A stretch of 64,000 nucleotides of DNA from Camelus ferus (lineage: Eukaryota), in the NCBI RefSeq assembly GCF_009834535.1, contig NC_045696.1:114888001-114952000 (forward strand), written 5' to 3'. The notes beneath the pieces are model-generated. The model was not told the origin of the DNA. It did not search any database and worked only from the letters and a program-made list of their open reading frames with translations. Every line of letters starts with the position of its first letter. Position 1 is the first letter of the stretch. Of the stretch, positions 24,365 through 36,803 are shown in pieces. The translations under genes and the position numbers were made by a program.

Positions 24365-24674
24365 AAGATATGACCACTCTATGGTTATTTTCAGTTTAAC
24401 TACTCTGAGGGACTTTATAAGTTTTAATAGGCTTTAGTGGGCTTTCCAAGTGTTACACTCTTTTTACCTAAAAGTTTTTAAGAGAAAATCTATTTCAAAT
24501 AAACAGTTTATGCACTACATTTCATATCATGATACATTTAGAAATTACGCTCTCTGTAGCTGTGGGGCTTCACTCCATGTTTAGCAGTCTTTTCAGACAA
24601 GTGTGAACAAAATGACATAATATGTTTGCGGGCTCCTCATTGAGAAAAAAAATAAGCCAAAATTAATTAGACAG

Positions 24675-24812
24675 GGTTCTAGGCATTGTGTGCATAAATA
24701 AATTGTTTAATCTTCACATTAAAGCAGTATGACAGATAAGATCATTCCCATTATTCAGATAAAGAAACTGAGGTTCAGAGAGGTTAAATAAATAGCCAAA
24801 ATCACATATCAA
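24675..24812 (-). mobile_element. MIR
   Basis: attcccattattcagataaagaaactgaggttcagagaggttaaataa. Confidence 0.85.
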
Positions 24813-24857
24813 TGGCTGCTTGAAGAATTCCCTCCTTTACTGAAAAAGGTGTATGTC

Positions 24858-25344
24858 TGTATCAGCTATACATTGCTGTGTAACAAATTGCCCCCAAATT
24901 AATGAATGAATAATAAACAATGTCTATGTAATTTCTGTGCATCCTGGGAGTGACTTCAGTTGGGTGATTCTGGCTCAGGGATCCTCACGTGGTTGGAGTT
25001 GAGATGTCTGAGGGACGCTGTGGAGGCTACTGTGGCTAAAATGTTGGACAAGAGTAGAAAGAAATGAGGCTGCAGTCATTGAAAGTTTGCCCAGGGCTGG
25101 AGGACCCACTTCCATGCTGACTCATGCATGGCTGTTGGCCGGAGGCCTCAGTTCCTTGCATCGTGGGTGTCCCTGTAGGACTGCTTGTTGTGTTCCCACA
25201 ACATGGCAGCTGGCAATAGAGCAGGAGGAAGTGGCAATATCTTCAGTGACATCATCTCACAAGTCACACAGAGTCCCTTAGAGGGGTGGGAGGGAGATGA
25301 GTAATTTAAGAATTTGTGGACATGTTTTAAAACCATCAATCACA
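24858..25344 (-). mobile_element. MLT1G/H-like MaLR LTR
   Basis: attgctgtgtaacaaattgcccccaaa...ggctggaggacccacttcca...aagaatttgtggacatgttttaaaacca. Confidence 0.85.
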
Positions 25345-25604
25345 ATGTTAAGTGTGTTAAAGTAGCCATATATGCTTTACTTTCCAAATTTTCATCCCAA
25401 GTTGGGTTCACTACAATTGAACCAACTTTCTTAATTGCTAAGAAGCAGGCCCTTTATATGCAATATTTACTTAGTTATAAATATAGATTTTTCTCATGCA
25501 CAATGGTGTGAATTGAAATGGATGTTAATTCTTGACGGCAGTTTTAAATATTCTAAGTAAAAGATTGTCTTAATGCAGAAATCAATATTTGCATGTTTAA
25601 AATT

Positions 25605-26350
25605 ATTTTATTCACAGATTTATCTAGTAAATATGTATTGAGTGCCTGCTCTCCACCTATACTGTTCTAGGTGCTGGGGAGAAGGCAGCAAACAAAACAA
25701 GGATCACTCTATGCCTTCTTATATCTTGCCTGTTAATGGCAGAGACAATAAGAAATAAACAAGTAGGCAGATGAGTTTAGAAAATAATCTAGATTATGAG
25801 CTGTGAGTCAGGATAAGGTAATAGCTGTGAAGTGTATGTGGGCAGGGACAGTGGGAGAGGGTAGGGGGAGATATTTTGGCCTGGGAAGGGCATATTTTTG
25901 GTTACTAAGGACCTCTCTGGTGAACAGGTTAATGTTTGAGAGGCCAAATTGGGGCACTATGGGGGCTGGTACAGCTGAAATGTTGAAAGGGAGTGATAAG
26001 AAATGAGGTTGGAAATGTGTCCAGGGACCAGATCCCAAGAGTCTTGGAGACTATAGGAAGTAAAGCCTTTGGGTTTAACTTTAAATGTTACATCAGCCAA
26101 GGGAGGCTTGAGAACAAGAGAGTGACATGATCTAACGTATATGTAAAAGCCAGACTATAGTTGCGTTTTGGGCAATAAACTCCAGTGGGTAAAATTCAAG
26201 CAGGACTCCCAGCTGGGAGGTGACCACGGGATCTGGAGATGACAGTGTCAGAAGAGCTGGGATCAGAAGAGGGGAAAGAGATGGTTCGACCCAGAAACAT
26301 TTGTACAGGAGAGAAATGCAGGGCTAACGCGTGACCCGAAGGCTCTGACC
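25605..26350 (-). mobile_element. L2 3' region
   Basis: aaatatgtattgagtgcctgc...actgttctaggtgctgggga...gagagtgacatgatctaac. Confidence 0.85.
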
Positions 26351-27289
26351 TCGGGACACTATTCAGTTAATGTATAAATGATCGCTTTCCTCTGTACTTT
26401 ATGGTCACTGCTGAAATGTTTTCAGATCTTGTTTTCCCCCTTGAAGAAATTTTAGAGAACAACTTAGTTGGGGAAAACAGTTCTTTACAACTACCAGGTT
26501 GTTACATGAACATTTCTCTTACTGCCCATCCATAACCATGTTAATACTGCCCTCAGAGGATGAGAAATCAGTAAAGCCTTTAAATATCCACGATTATTAG
26601 CTCATCATAAGTTATTTAATAAAACATCATTATTTAATTTTAATTTGGTATGAAATTAAGTTTATTATCAATGTAAAGTTTCTTTCAATAACTTGTTTAT
26701 ACTTTACTATAGAAGCCAAAATATTCTCCATCCCGTAATCAAATAATGAAGCCATTAGAACTGGAGCTCAAAAATTCTTTAATTAATAGTCGACTGTTTT
26801 TGTAAAAACTCTCAAGTGGATGGCTTTTTAAAAAATTAGATTTCTATCTTATTTTTTAATTGAGTGGCGTTAATCAAATAGTAATCTACTGTGTAATGTT
26901 ACGTATCTATCTACCTTTAATTTAAGTAATCCAAGCTTTATCCCTTCATGCTCTAACATCAGATGTTTCCATGGATGTTAATATGTTTTAAACGAGAATT
27001 AAAATGGATTCATGGTTCAGATAAGTTTTAGAAATACAAACAAAGTTTAAGAAAGAAAATTTCTCAGAAATTCCTAGAGCTTTTAGTATATGAATGTGCA
27101 TTTTCTCTTTCCGAAGAAGAAATACAATTTACAAAATTAAAACTAACTGACCAAGTAATGGTTTCATTTCCCCTTTAGTAAAAGGCTTGACTACCTTTTT
27201 CCCTTCATGCATATTACTCTATTCATTTGGTTATGGAAAATAGAGTATATATTGATAGTTGACTGAAATTCACTTTGAATTTAATCATT

Positions 27290-27420
27290 GTCATTTATTT
27301 TTTCAATGACTATTTCTTGAGCATCTATTTTGGGTGCTGGGGTCCAGGGATAGAGCACTGAACAATACTGACATAAGCCCTCCCTGCCCTTTGAAAATTA
27401 CATACAGTCTTCAAATGGAG
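27290..27420 (-). mobile_element. L2 3' end
   Basis: tatttcttgagcatcta...gtgctggggtccagggatagagcactgaacaatac. Confidence 0.65.
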
Positions 27421-27990
27421 TCCACACACCCACTGGAGGAACCAAAGACATTCCAAAAAGCTGATGAATGGTTTTAAGGGAATTCATTTCCGGGTGTTCA
27501 ATTCTGTGCATTATGTTCCCTAAAACAGAGGTACCTGAGAAAGTTCTGGCACAGGATTGCTGCCCATCCCTCCCTCCCACAGCCCTCCCACAAAGGACGT
27601 TTCTCCAGCTTTGCACAAGGAAGGGATCCCCTTTCCTCCTCTCTTGCCTTACTCGTCTTACTTCCGTGCATTGTTTCATGAAGGAAAATCTTCCCAGTGC
27701 CAACAGCCAGCTTGGTGTTGATGTTAAGAAAGCAAATAACCCTAATCCTCTAGGTCTTGCTCACAGCTGACCCACACACTCACCCACACAGCTCCTGTCT
27801 CCCTCTCCCTTTCCCTCCCTTCTTCCCCCTTCTACCCCCTCTCTTTACACACACACACCTGCTACTTAAAAGAGAAGTGTTGGGTTTTTTATTATCGTTT
27901 AGTGTTGACCAGAAGCATGCCGTTTTGAAGACATGACTCCTGATTGGCTAGTTCTTTTTTTTTGTTTTTTTTCATATGAACATACAGTTG

Positions 27991-28103
27991 TTTTTTTTTT
28001 TTTTTAATTGAAGTAGAGTTGATTTACAATGCTGTGTTAGTTTCTGGCTACCAAAGGGAAAGGAGTGGGAAGGGATAAATTGGGAGTTTGGGATTAGCTG
28101 ATA
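27991..28103 (-). mobile_element. very short inverted L1 3' fragment
   Basis: poly(T)+aattgaagtagagttgatttacaatg...tttctgg (antisense) fused to sense taccaaagggaaaggagtgggaagggataaattgggagtttgggattagc. Confidence 0.85.
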
Positions 28104-28218
28104 GTTTTTATTTCTCCAGCCAGATCTGCAAGTGATTTCTTGGCTGTCCCCAGAGTGATGCGTGACATGGATGTTCTTTTCCTTCCCTCAAATCAGAGCT
28201 AGTAGGAGGTTTAGGAGT

Positions 28219-28678
28219 TAAAAAAAAAAAGAATAAGTAATGCCATTTGCAGCAACATGGGTGGACCTGGAGATCATCGTTCTAAGTGAAGTAAGCCAGA
28301 AAGAGAAAGAAAAATACCATATGCTATCACTCACATATGGAATCTAAAAAAGAAAAGACACTTATGAACTCATCTACAAAACAGAAACGGACTTGCAGGC
28401 ATAGTAACAATTTTACAGTTACCAGAGAAAAGGGGGTGGGAAGGGATAAATTTGGGAGTTTGAGATTTGCAAATGGTAATAACTATATATAAGAACAGAT
28501 TAAAAAAAAATTTCTCCTGTATAGTACAGGGAACTATATTCAATGTCTTGTAATAACCTTTAATGAAAAAGAATATGAAAACAAATATATGTATGTATAT
28601 GCATGACTGGGACATTGTGCTGTACACCAGAAACTGACACCTTGTGACTGACTACACTTCAATTAAAAAAAAAATTGA
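28219..28678 (+). mobile_element. young L1 3' end (ORF2 tail + 3'UTR)
   Basis: aatgccatttgcagcaacatgggtggacctggagatc...ctgactacacttcaattaaaaaaaaaa. Confidence 0.95.

Positions 28679-28718
<40 letters not shown>
28679..28718. repeat. (AATC)10 microsatellite in L1 tail
   Basis: Ten perfect AATC units. Confidence 0.95.
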
Positions 28719-29876
28719 TCCTGGGAGCTCAGTTATACTCATGGCTCATAAGTTTCCCTGAAAATGATGCTTAGAGGAAGAGCTTGTGTTAAGGGGAGAT
28801 ACGAAACTTTTTGCCCTGGAGGTGGGCAGTGGTCCAACAGTCAGTCATCCGGCAACAGTCACAGGGCAACCCTCAAATATACAAAACAAATTATAAATCA
28901 AGGTTAAAATTTCAGGCTGGCTTTCAGAAACGCATATACCACATCATACATCTGAAATAGCGCAGATTTGCAATGAAATCATTTAAAATATTTAAAAGTA
29001 TAAAGAAAACATAGAAAACACATGGTGAGGTCTTTTTTTTTTTTTTTCTGTGAAGCATCACTAAATTATTCGATTACAATAACTCTCAAATTAGTTCACC
29101 ATCCTGAACTATCCTTTGGTAGCACTCATGCACCTGCCCCTACCATAAACTCCCTGTCTCCCAGACCCCCTGACCAATCGAGGGCTGGAAACGCAGCCTG
29201 ACTTTGTGGGACATCCATTATCCAGCTCTGTGAAGAGGCCCTAGGCATGTGAGAAGTGGGGCGGGCCAAACCCGGTTTGTCAAGTCAGGAGTTCGGGAGT
29301 GTTGCTACCTGAGCTTGGGGTCCTTGACAGCTGCTGACAGTGCACGACAGCTTGTTGGAAGGAGCTCATATCAGATCCTCTTCCGAATTTCTTATTCTTC
29401 GCTTAAGCTCCTTCATTGGGTCCTGTCTCTCTTTTGAAGTGAAAAATATTCTAATACAGTTTGTTTTGTCCAACAAGAAATGGGACGATATGGTGCCATC
29501 AAGCTGAATTATACAAAACTTGATTCACAGGTATTTTAAGAAACCACCTGTCCTTCAGCCAACATACAATTCCTTCCTGCCTTTTGTCAGCATGTGTAGC
29601 TTTGCCTGAGGTTCTGCATGATCCACTGGAATGATTTCAAATTAGTTTCTCTCCCTCCCTCCCTCTCTCTTTTCTTCCTTTCTTCCTCCCTCCCTCCCTC
29701 CCTAATTATACTGTTTGATTGGAATCAACACGATTATGGCCTAAATGCCCAGCTTGGCAGAGGAAAACGGTGAATTGTAATGGCATTTTTCTACTATTCT
29801 TTATTTCAGCTGATCTAATTATCTCCCAATTTGGTGTTTCCAGGGTTTGGAGGCCAGAAAAACTACATTGGGCTTA

Positions 29877-29900
29877 AAAAAAAAAAAAAAAAAAAAAAAA
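29877..29900. repeat. poly(A) tract
   Basis: Uninterrupted A run. Confidence 0.9.
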
Positions 29901-30014
29901 CGCTTTGGGGTAATTCGTATCCCCTTTTAAGTAATGGGATTACAATGATCATTTGATACAGTAAACACAAAATACTGATTTTCCTAGTCCAAGTTCTCCT
30001 CCAAAGCAGTCAAT

Positions 30015-30265
30015 AATGATGTGATCTAACATATTTTGAGTGTTTTACTGTATTCCTAGAGTGGTGCTAGTCACTTTAAAATGATTATCTGGCTTAATGC
30101 TTAGAATCTAGGCGGTAGATATGATTAGTATTGCTATTTCTGTTTTAAGAAAGAATAAGCTTTGGCTGAGAGAATTTATTGAACTTGCCCAAGGTCACAG
30201 CTAGCGAATGGCATGGCTAGCCTTTGGATCAGGTCTGTGTATCTCTGGTGCCTGAGATTTTACCA
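30015..30265 (-). mobile_element. near full-length MIR
   Basis: gaacttgcccaaggtcacagctagcgaatggc; MIR 3' end taacatattttgagtgttttactgtattcc. Confidence 0.85.
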
Positions 30266-30399
30266 CAAATATCTTGCACAAGGTCATAGAGCAACTGATC
30301 AGATGTGGTTGGTTAAATTATTAGCTTCAGTATTTCATCTTTTGCTGTCTCACTTCACATCTCTGCTTCATGGTGGATGGAGGGACCTCCTGCATTTGC

Positions 30400-30631
30400 C
30401 TTCTTGTTCTGAGTGGCCGTTGCCCATCTTGCCTGGGCTCCACCCTGAGACCCATGGGGCTGATTTGAAGGAAACCCACAGCCTGCAGCCAAGCCCAGGA
30501 AAACCTGCTGAGATCAGCTGATTCCAATGTATTTAGATATGCAAGCATGAGAAGACAGGACAGTTGTCATAATTCCCTGATTTTGCTGTGGTTTGTTACA
30601 CAGCATTATTAAGGCAGTTGGTGACAGATGC
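30400..30631 (+). mobile_element. MLT1 LTR 3' half
   Basis: agcctgcagccaagcccag...gatcagctga...ggtttgttacacagcattatt. Confidence 0.7.
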
Positions 30632-31084
30632 TGTGGAACAGGACTTTGAATTAAGACTTTCAAGATGCACTGGCTGAATTGAGTCTGTAGACTTGGTTTT
30701 ATATTTTGTTGTTTTGTTTTGTTTTTTGGTCAGAATCATTTTTAAACTTCTTTTCTTCCTAATGTGAATGGCCTTAGGAGGGCAAGTACCCTCCAGGGTG
30801 CCATGCTCCCCAAAACTCAAACCACTTCATCCTGGGGTTTCTTTCACCAGTGTACATTCCCACCTACCTGGCCCTTGATGGAATTTCAGCTTGTGACCTT
30901 GGCCATAGTCTGTAATAGAGAGCCCCTGAGCTCACATACGCTGTACTTCATTTGTCTCCTTCTTGATTTAAATTTACTCTGTAGAGATCCGTACCACATA
31001 ATGAATTTTTTAGGGTCTGAAACCTAGAAGGATTATGAAAGTCAAGAAGAAATTGTCACTATTTTGGCTTGTCTTTATTTAGCT

Positions 31085-31258
31085 TATTTTATATAAACAT
31101 ATATTATTATAGTATGTTGCATTATATTATACATTATAATGTAATGGATTAATAGAATTTTAGAATTTTTATATAGATATATAATATATTCATATAATAT
31201 AATATATATCTATATAATATAACATATCTATGTAACATTAAATATATATAATATTCAA
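31085..31258. repeat. AT-rich low-complexity (TA/TAA) tract
   Basis: atataatatattcatataatataatatatatctatataatat. Confidence 0.8.
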
Positions 31259-33344
31259 TGGACTAATAGCATCTTAGAAATAGATTTGATCTGTGAATTT
31301 AACTCATTAAAACCTGTTTAGTTTCCTCTTGTATCTATTTAATAATTTAATCAAACATCAGAAGTCCTTACTGTTGGCATAGAGAACTCTGGTGAACTGT
31401 TAATTCATAGTCCAGTTCTGAGTGTAATTTACCCTTCAGATTCTTCAATGTTGGTCACATGAAAATTAATATAAATTTTAGTAATTGTTCTTTGTTTATT
31501 CTAAATAAAGGGAATCTAATATGTACATTTATTTCCTAGTTACCTGTTGGATCTCATGCAGTATAATCTGTTATAAATTTTTCTTGTTTTAACTTTTCCT
31601 TTATTCTTTATTGGAGAAGCCTTAAGATTATTCCATAAAATAAGTTAACTTCTCCCCACACAATTTTAGAAAAGTACCTGTTGTTTACTCTTTTACGACG
31701 TGCTCCAAATAAAATACTGACCTGGGGACAAGGTGACACTCAACTCTAGCCATCATAACTGGAATGTAACTTATCTTGAATGAATTAATGAACAAGTGAT
31801 GGATTTCACAGGCCTAAAAGTAACTCATTCAGTAAATCTGATATTTGCCATCACTTATGTGAATGAAAATTAGAGAAGGAAATGAAAGGAGGAAACATGA
31901 ACAGAAGAAGAGAAGGGAACTGCTTTCCTCCAGCGGTAGTTCTCTGGGCATCCCGGATAGCACACTCGGGAGGAAAAATGGCTGGCAGGTTGTCCATTTT
32001 GACTAAATGCCAGCAAACTACCTCAAAGGGGATTTTAGTTACTCCACCATGTCCTTTTGATATGAACATAGGTAGCATGGGGCTGCTGAGGCATTGCATT
32101 TCTTAGAGAATGTCTCTGTTGAGTATTCTGGAACAGTGAGAAAGAGAGCGAGGAATAATAGTCCTGCAAATGTGTGCTTAATGAAACTGCAGCAAAAGTG
32201 AGCAGTGTTAGACAGGATGATCTGGTCTGCAAAAACGTGTAGTGGTGCTTAGAACTGCAGCCCTCAGTGAATATTTTCTTTCGACTTTTTCCTCTTAGTG
32301 GCCATTTGTTTATTCCACTTAGCAGATCCCCTGCCGTCCGCTCCACTGTCATTTTGGTTGGAACAGTTGTGCTGAGCCACTGTCATCAATTTTCCTCCCA
32401 GTTGAATCTGCCAAGGCTGACAATTATTATACTAACAAGTGCTTGTTCAGTAATGTTCAGTCATTCAAATGGCCTCCCTCATTATTTTTCTTCCCTGGAG
32501 GCGGTTGAGAGGAACAGTCCCCAGCTCTTCACCTGGGGCTTAGAGTTACAGGAATGTGTTTACATCTCAGTTATAATCCTATCTCTGATTAATGGCCAAG
32601 AGTTGTGAGTCTCATCTCTCAGGAGCAGCTGGGGTCCCAAGGAGCCACATGTAGACAAACTGCTCATGACCTCAGTGTCTCCCAGCTTCACTGGCTTGAG
32701 GGAAAGTTCTAAAACCAAATTACAGAGGGAGAAAAAAATGGAAGCAAGATTTTCTGAAGAACTTTTTTAAAATGATTGCAGCATTTTATCCATAAAAATG
32801 ATTTTTAAATATCACCTTACCTCAGCATTGGAAATGGCCATGGAGATTGCCGAGAGATTCCCACATGGCGGGGTGGTGGTAGAATGAAAGAGTTGTTCAG
32901 GAAGAACTCTGAATCTCTAAATAGCTTTGCAGCAACTGGAAATGGAGTGGAGATCAGAAGGGAGGTAGGAGCCGGTAGCATCCTCTTCCCAGCTTGACAA
33001 GGGGGGAAGGGCCCCCAATACTAGGGAAGACCAAATTCAGTTTTGTATCTCCTGTTCTGTTTCTCAAAAACCCCTCTCCTTTAATTATCTCTTTTCTCTA
33101 CAAGAAAATTTCTACGTGCCCGCGTTTATCTGTGTACTATATTAAATCACAAAAGCAAAAGAGTCTTTCTTTACAGCTTCTTCCTCCCTCATTCTGCACC
33201 TTATTTCTCATCCCGCTTACAGTAAATCATGACAAGGAATTTCTCGCATTCAGCCCTTCTTCTGTCAACAAAAGGACTAGTTCATTTCCTCTCTTTCTCT
33301 CATTCCTCACATTCAGCTGAAGTCCTTGTCTTCTATATGTATTT

Positions 33345-33440
33345 TTTGTTTTTTTTTTTTAAAGACCTTATTTTTAGAGCAATTTTAGGTTCACAGCAAA
33401 ACTGAGACAAAATGACAGATTTCTTGTACACTCCATGCTC
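33345..33440 (-). mobile_element. old L1 (L1MB/MC-type) 3' terminus
   Basis: tttttagagcaattttaggttcacagcaaaactgag. Confidence 0.75.
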
Positions 33441-34384
33441 CTAGGTACGCATTGGGGATATACAATCCTGAGAGTTTTCTCCTTTGTCCCCTCTAAACTG
33501 AATGACAGTGGCTTCTGTTCTCTGAGTGGCAAAGATGTCAAGGAGATAATTGTGTGGCAGAATCAGCCACGGTGGACTTCTCAGATTGAAGCCTTGTTCA
33601 GCTCCGGGACATTGCGAACTATAGTCCATTAATAGGGTCCAGGAAATTGGAGAACCATGACCAATCCTAGTTGTGAGAATTCGAATTTTAAGTTAGTCCC
33701 TTGATTTGGTAATTACAAAGCTCACACCTCTTGTACAATGCAAAAAGAGGCTGAATAGTTCGTATTTGACCCAAGTCTGTGATTTTCCAAAGGTACCCAA
33801 ACAAGTCAAGTCTCAGACATGAGAGTTTGTTTAGATGCTAAAGCTCTACAGATATCTACATGTTCTTTCTTAAATTGATTCTTTATAGCAATTGCTGAGG
33901 ATGCATTTATTGACTTCTGGCCAATGTCTTTTTTTTTAATGAGAAGCTTAGAGTTTGGATTCTGTAGAGTGAAATGCTGTAAGACAAACTATGGCTCCTT
34001 TATGGACTTTCCCAGCAGAGAAGTGCATCACCAGGCTTCACAGCAGCGTCAGGACTGGGACCTGATTGACTCCAAGCTCAGGGAAATAGCTTGTTACAAA
34101 AGGGTTACATGAACCTCTTATTAAAGTCTCTTTTGCTGTCAAACAACCATTTAAGGCCCTCAACTAACTATATGTTTAGTGACACCAACAAAATAACTTA
34201 AAAAAACCCCTCTATTTCAACTAGATAGTAACCCAGTTGTGCTGCAAAGAAAATTAGGTACCCATGATCGACTATGTCGTAATAATAATGGTTAATTTTG
34301 AACATAGTGTGGGCTGTACACCAATCTAAATACCTGGCGGGTATTAATAATTTAATACTGAAATAATTTAATATCTGGAAGGGA

Positions 34385-34490
34385 TAAACCATTATCCTCA
34401 TTTTATAGATGGAGAACTGAGGTTGGTAGAGGAGAAGTCATTGCCCACAGCCTCATAACTCTGAAACGATAAAAGATGAGTATGGGTCCA
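34385..34490 (-). mobile_element. MIR
   Basis: attatcctcattttatagatggagaactgagg. Confidence 0.75.
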
Positions 34491-34504
34491 TCCAGTAGGA
34501 TTCC

Positions 34505-36110
34505 TTATGGAATACCCAAGCTGGAAGCACCTAAGGCCAATTCTAGTCCAGTGCTTTAACCCAATCTGATAAATCTTTTTGGTAACCCGTCTGAGAGCTG
34601 ATTATCTAACCTCTGCTAACACCAACACATGTGGAAGTGGAGAGGCAGCTACTGGCCTCCTGTGTTTCTCCTATTTATACACACTTCCAACTTCTATAAA
34701 GCACTGAAATACAGCTGAAACACACTTTATATTTACTGCTCTTAATTCTGCTTTACTTTGTTTGAATATACTTTGTTTTCCACATGGGAGTTCTTCAGTA
34801 TGGAAGACAAATATTGTACCCTCACCAAAATACTCATTTTTCCCATCAGGATGTCCTTGTTTCTTTAACCTTTCTTCACAGGTTATAGCTTCCAGGCCCA
34901 TTCATAAGTCTCAATTCAGTGGACACCAGTTTTTCAATCTTTCATAAAATACATGTTTAGTACCTAAAATGATATTCCAGGTGCAAGCTGATCATTGCAG
35001 CTGAATTTAAATGTGGCCTCTGTTACTGTGAATAATGAACACGGATCAGTTCAGTCTGAGCCTAATTAAGCATCCAGGTCACTCTGTGGGTTCATATTGA
35101 GCGTCATGTCATCTAAAGACCCCAAGGCTTCTTTCATATTAATAATACTGTGGTGGAGCTATGTCTTTCATATTCTGTGTTTTTGAAATTGTTTTGAATT
35201 TTGTTTTCGCTATTGTTTTTCACTGTGTTTTTGCCCGTTATAACCCCTACTCCGTTAATAACGTCTTCCTGATTTTCTCTGATGTTATCACATTTCTTTA
35301 ACTTGTATTCATGCGTTTGTGTGGATTCGTCCCCCTCCCCCGGGGTGGGCATGTGATGAGGGCCAGGCCAATCAGAGCACCCACCGCAGTCCTCTGGCTA
35401 CAACCCAGTCAGCTATAGTTGCTCGATTTCAGAGCCAATGATCTACAGTTCTGGGTCAATAGTAGAGATCTTTCAAAGAGAGGTTTTCTCTTCTACCAGA
35501 CCTGAACCTGAGAGACGAAATACCAACCCTCATAGTAACAGGAACCTTCTCAAGAGCAAACATAGAAGGAAGCAGAGAAGAAATTTACAGAAGAGGATCT
35601 GATGACATCTTTTGAGACCCTTCATTCATTTTCATGTAATGCCCACCTCTAGAATCTGCAGTTACCCGAGCCAGTAAATGCTCTTCTCTGCTTAAGCCAA
35701 TTTGAGTTGGATCTCTGCCTTTAGCAAGCGAGACAATTGACTAATACAAGCATAGCTCGGTGCAACAGTTATTGCCACGCAATTTCATTTCATTTGCCTT
35801 CTCTAGTTTTCCAGCCCATTGACATTTTTGAAATCCTGATGCTATCCCATCTTTGAATCATCAGCACATTTAATGTCTGTCTTTGTATTTTCTTAAGTTG
35901 TTGACACAAATCTGGAACATCAGATGACAAGTCTCCTAAAGTCTAATTAAGACCTTATTCTCATAATCCTCTACCATTCCCCAAAACATACGGTATGAGA
36001 CAATCTAGACAGTTAATAATCCACCCTAAAAACTTGTGACCAGTGTCTTTTCTTTGTATCGGGGTATGATTTCTGAAATTTATTTTTTCATCATTTCAGA
36101 AAATCAGGAT
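34505..36110 (-). mobile_element. L3/CR1 LINE reverse-transcriptase remnant, split by an MLT1 LTR
   Basis: ORF 34671-34901 GLEAITCEERLKK matches the CR1 C-terminal GLE..SYEERLKELG; 35871-35848 reads KCADDSKM (CR1 KFADDTKL catalytic motif). Confidence 0.75.
35310..35748 (+). mobile_element. MLT1K/L-like MaLR LTR
   Basis: ggggtgggcatgtga...ggccaatcagagcac; terminal gcttaagccaatttgagttggatctctg...tgactaataca. Confidence 0.8.
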
Positions 36111-36134
36111 AGCAGATTCCCATCACCCATCAAA

Positions 36135-36322
36135 ACCATGGCATCTAGAGTCAGATTGTTGAAACCCCAGCACTATTTCTGCAATACGTGATTTGATGTT
36201 GGGTGGGTTAATTAGCCTCCCAGAGCTTCAGTTACCTTAACCATAAAATGAGGATAATAATTAAACCTTCCTCAAAGGGTGATCAGAGTTAAATATGAAT
36301 AACACGTATAAAGAATTTATCC
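36135..36322 (+). mobile_element. MIR
   Basis: gagcttcagttaccttaaccataaaatgaggataataat...cctcaaagggtg. Confidence 0.75.
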
Positions 36323-36323
36323 C

Positions 36324-36803
36324 TGTGTCAGTTAGCATGCCAGCGCACAACAGATGACACATTTAAATTGGGGTGATTCACAGTGCTTCAATACAGGGAC
36401 CGGTTACAAAGGTGTGGGCAGCGGAGCCATGAGGATAATGGTGGAGTCGATGACACCACAGGTTTAAGCAGCAAGAGGAGGGGGCAGGTGCAGGAGCTCA
36501 GAAGTAGAGGCAAGTAAACACAGAAACCTTGGGAAGAGCAGTGGCCACCAGCGGGAGCTGGGGACTGAAGCACAGCCAGCCTCAGGCAACCCTGCATGCA
36601 GGGAGCAGGGGACCACATCCCAACCTCCGGCTCCTCCCTCCCTCTGATCTCTTGCCAAGGATCCCCAGTGGCTAAATGCAATTAAAAGCCAGAGGACAAG
36701 GAAGCCGCTTGGTGCAGTCAATGTGGATTAGTCTCCCAGTCCACAGAAAAGGGTGGGAAAGCATGAAGAGTGTGAAATAAGCAGATGGCATTCATCCAGC
36801 AAA
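36324..36803 (-). mobile_element. LTR33-like ERVL LTR
   Basis: aacagatgacacatttaaattggggtgatt...ccctccctctgatctcttgcca...agccagaggacaaggaagcc. Confidence 0.75.

Noticed and set aside
29366..29450. Minus-strand charged peptide IFFTSKERQDPMKELKRRIRNSEEDLI* as a terminal coding exon
   Set aside because: The upstream AG has no polypyrimidine tract and I find no partner exons or homology.
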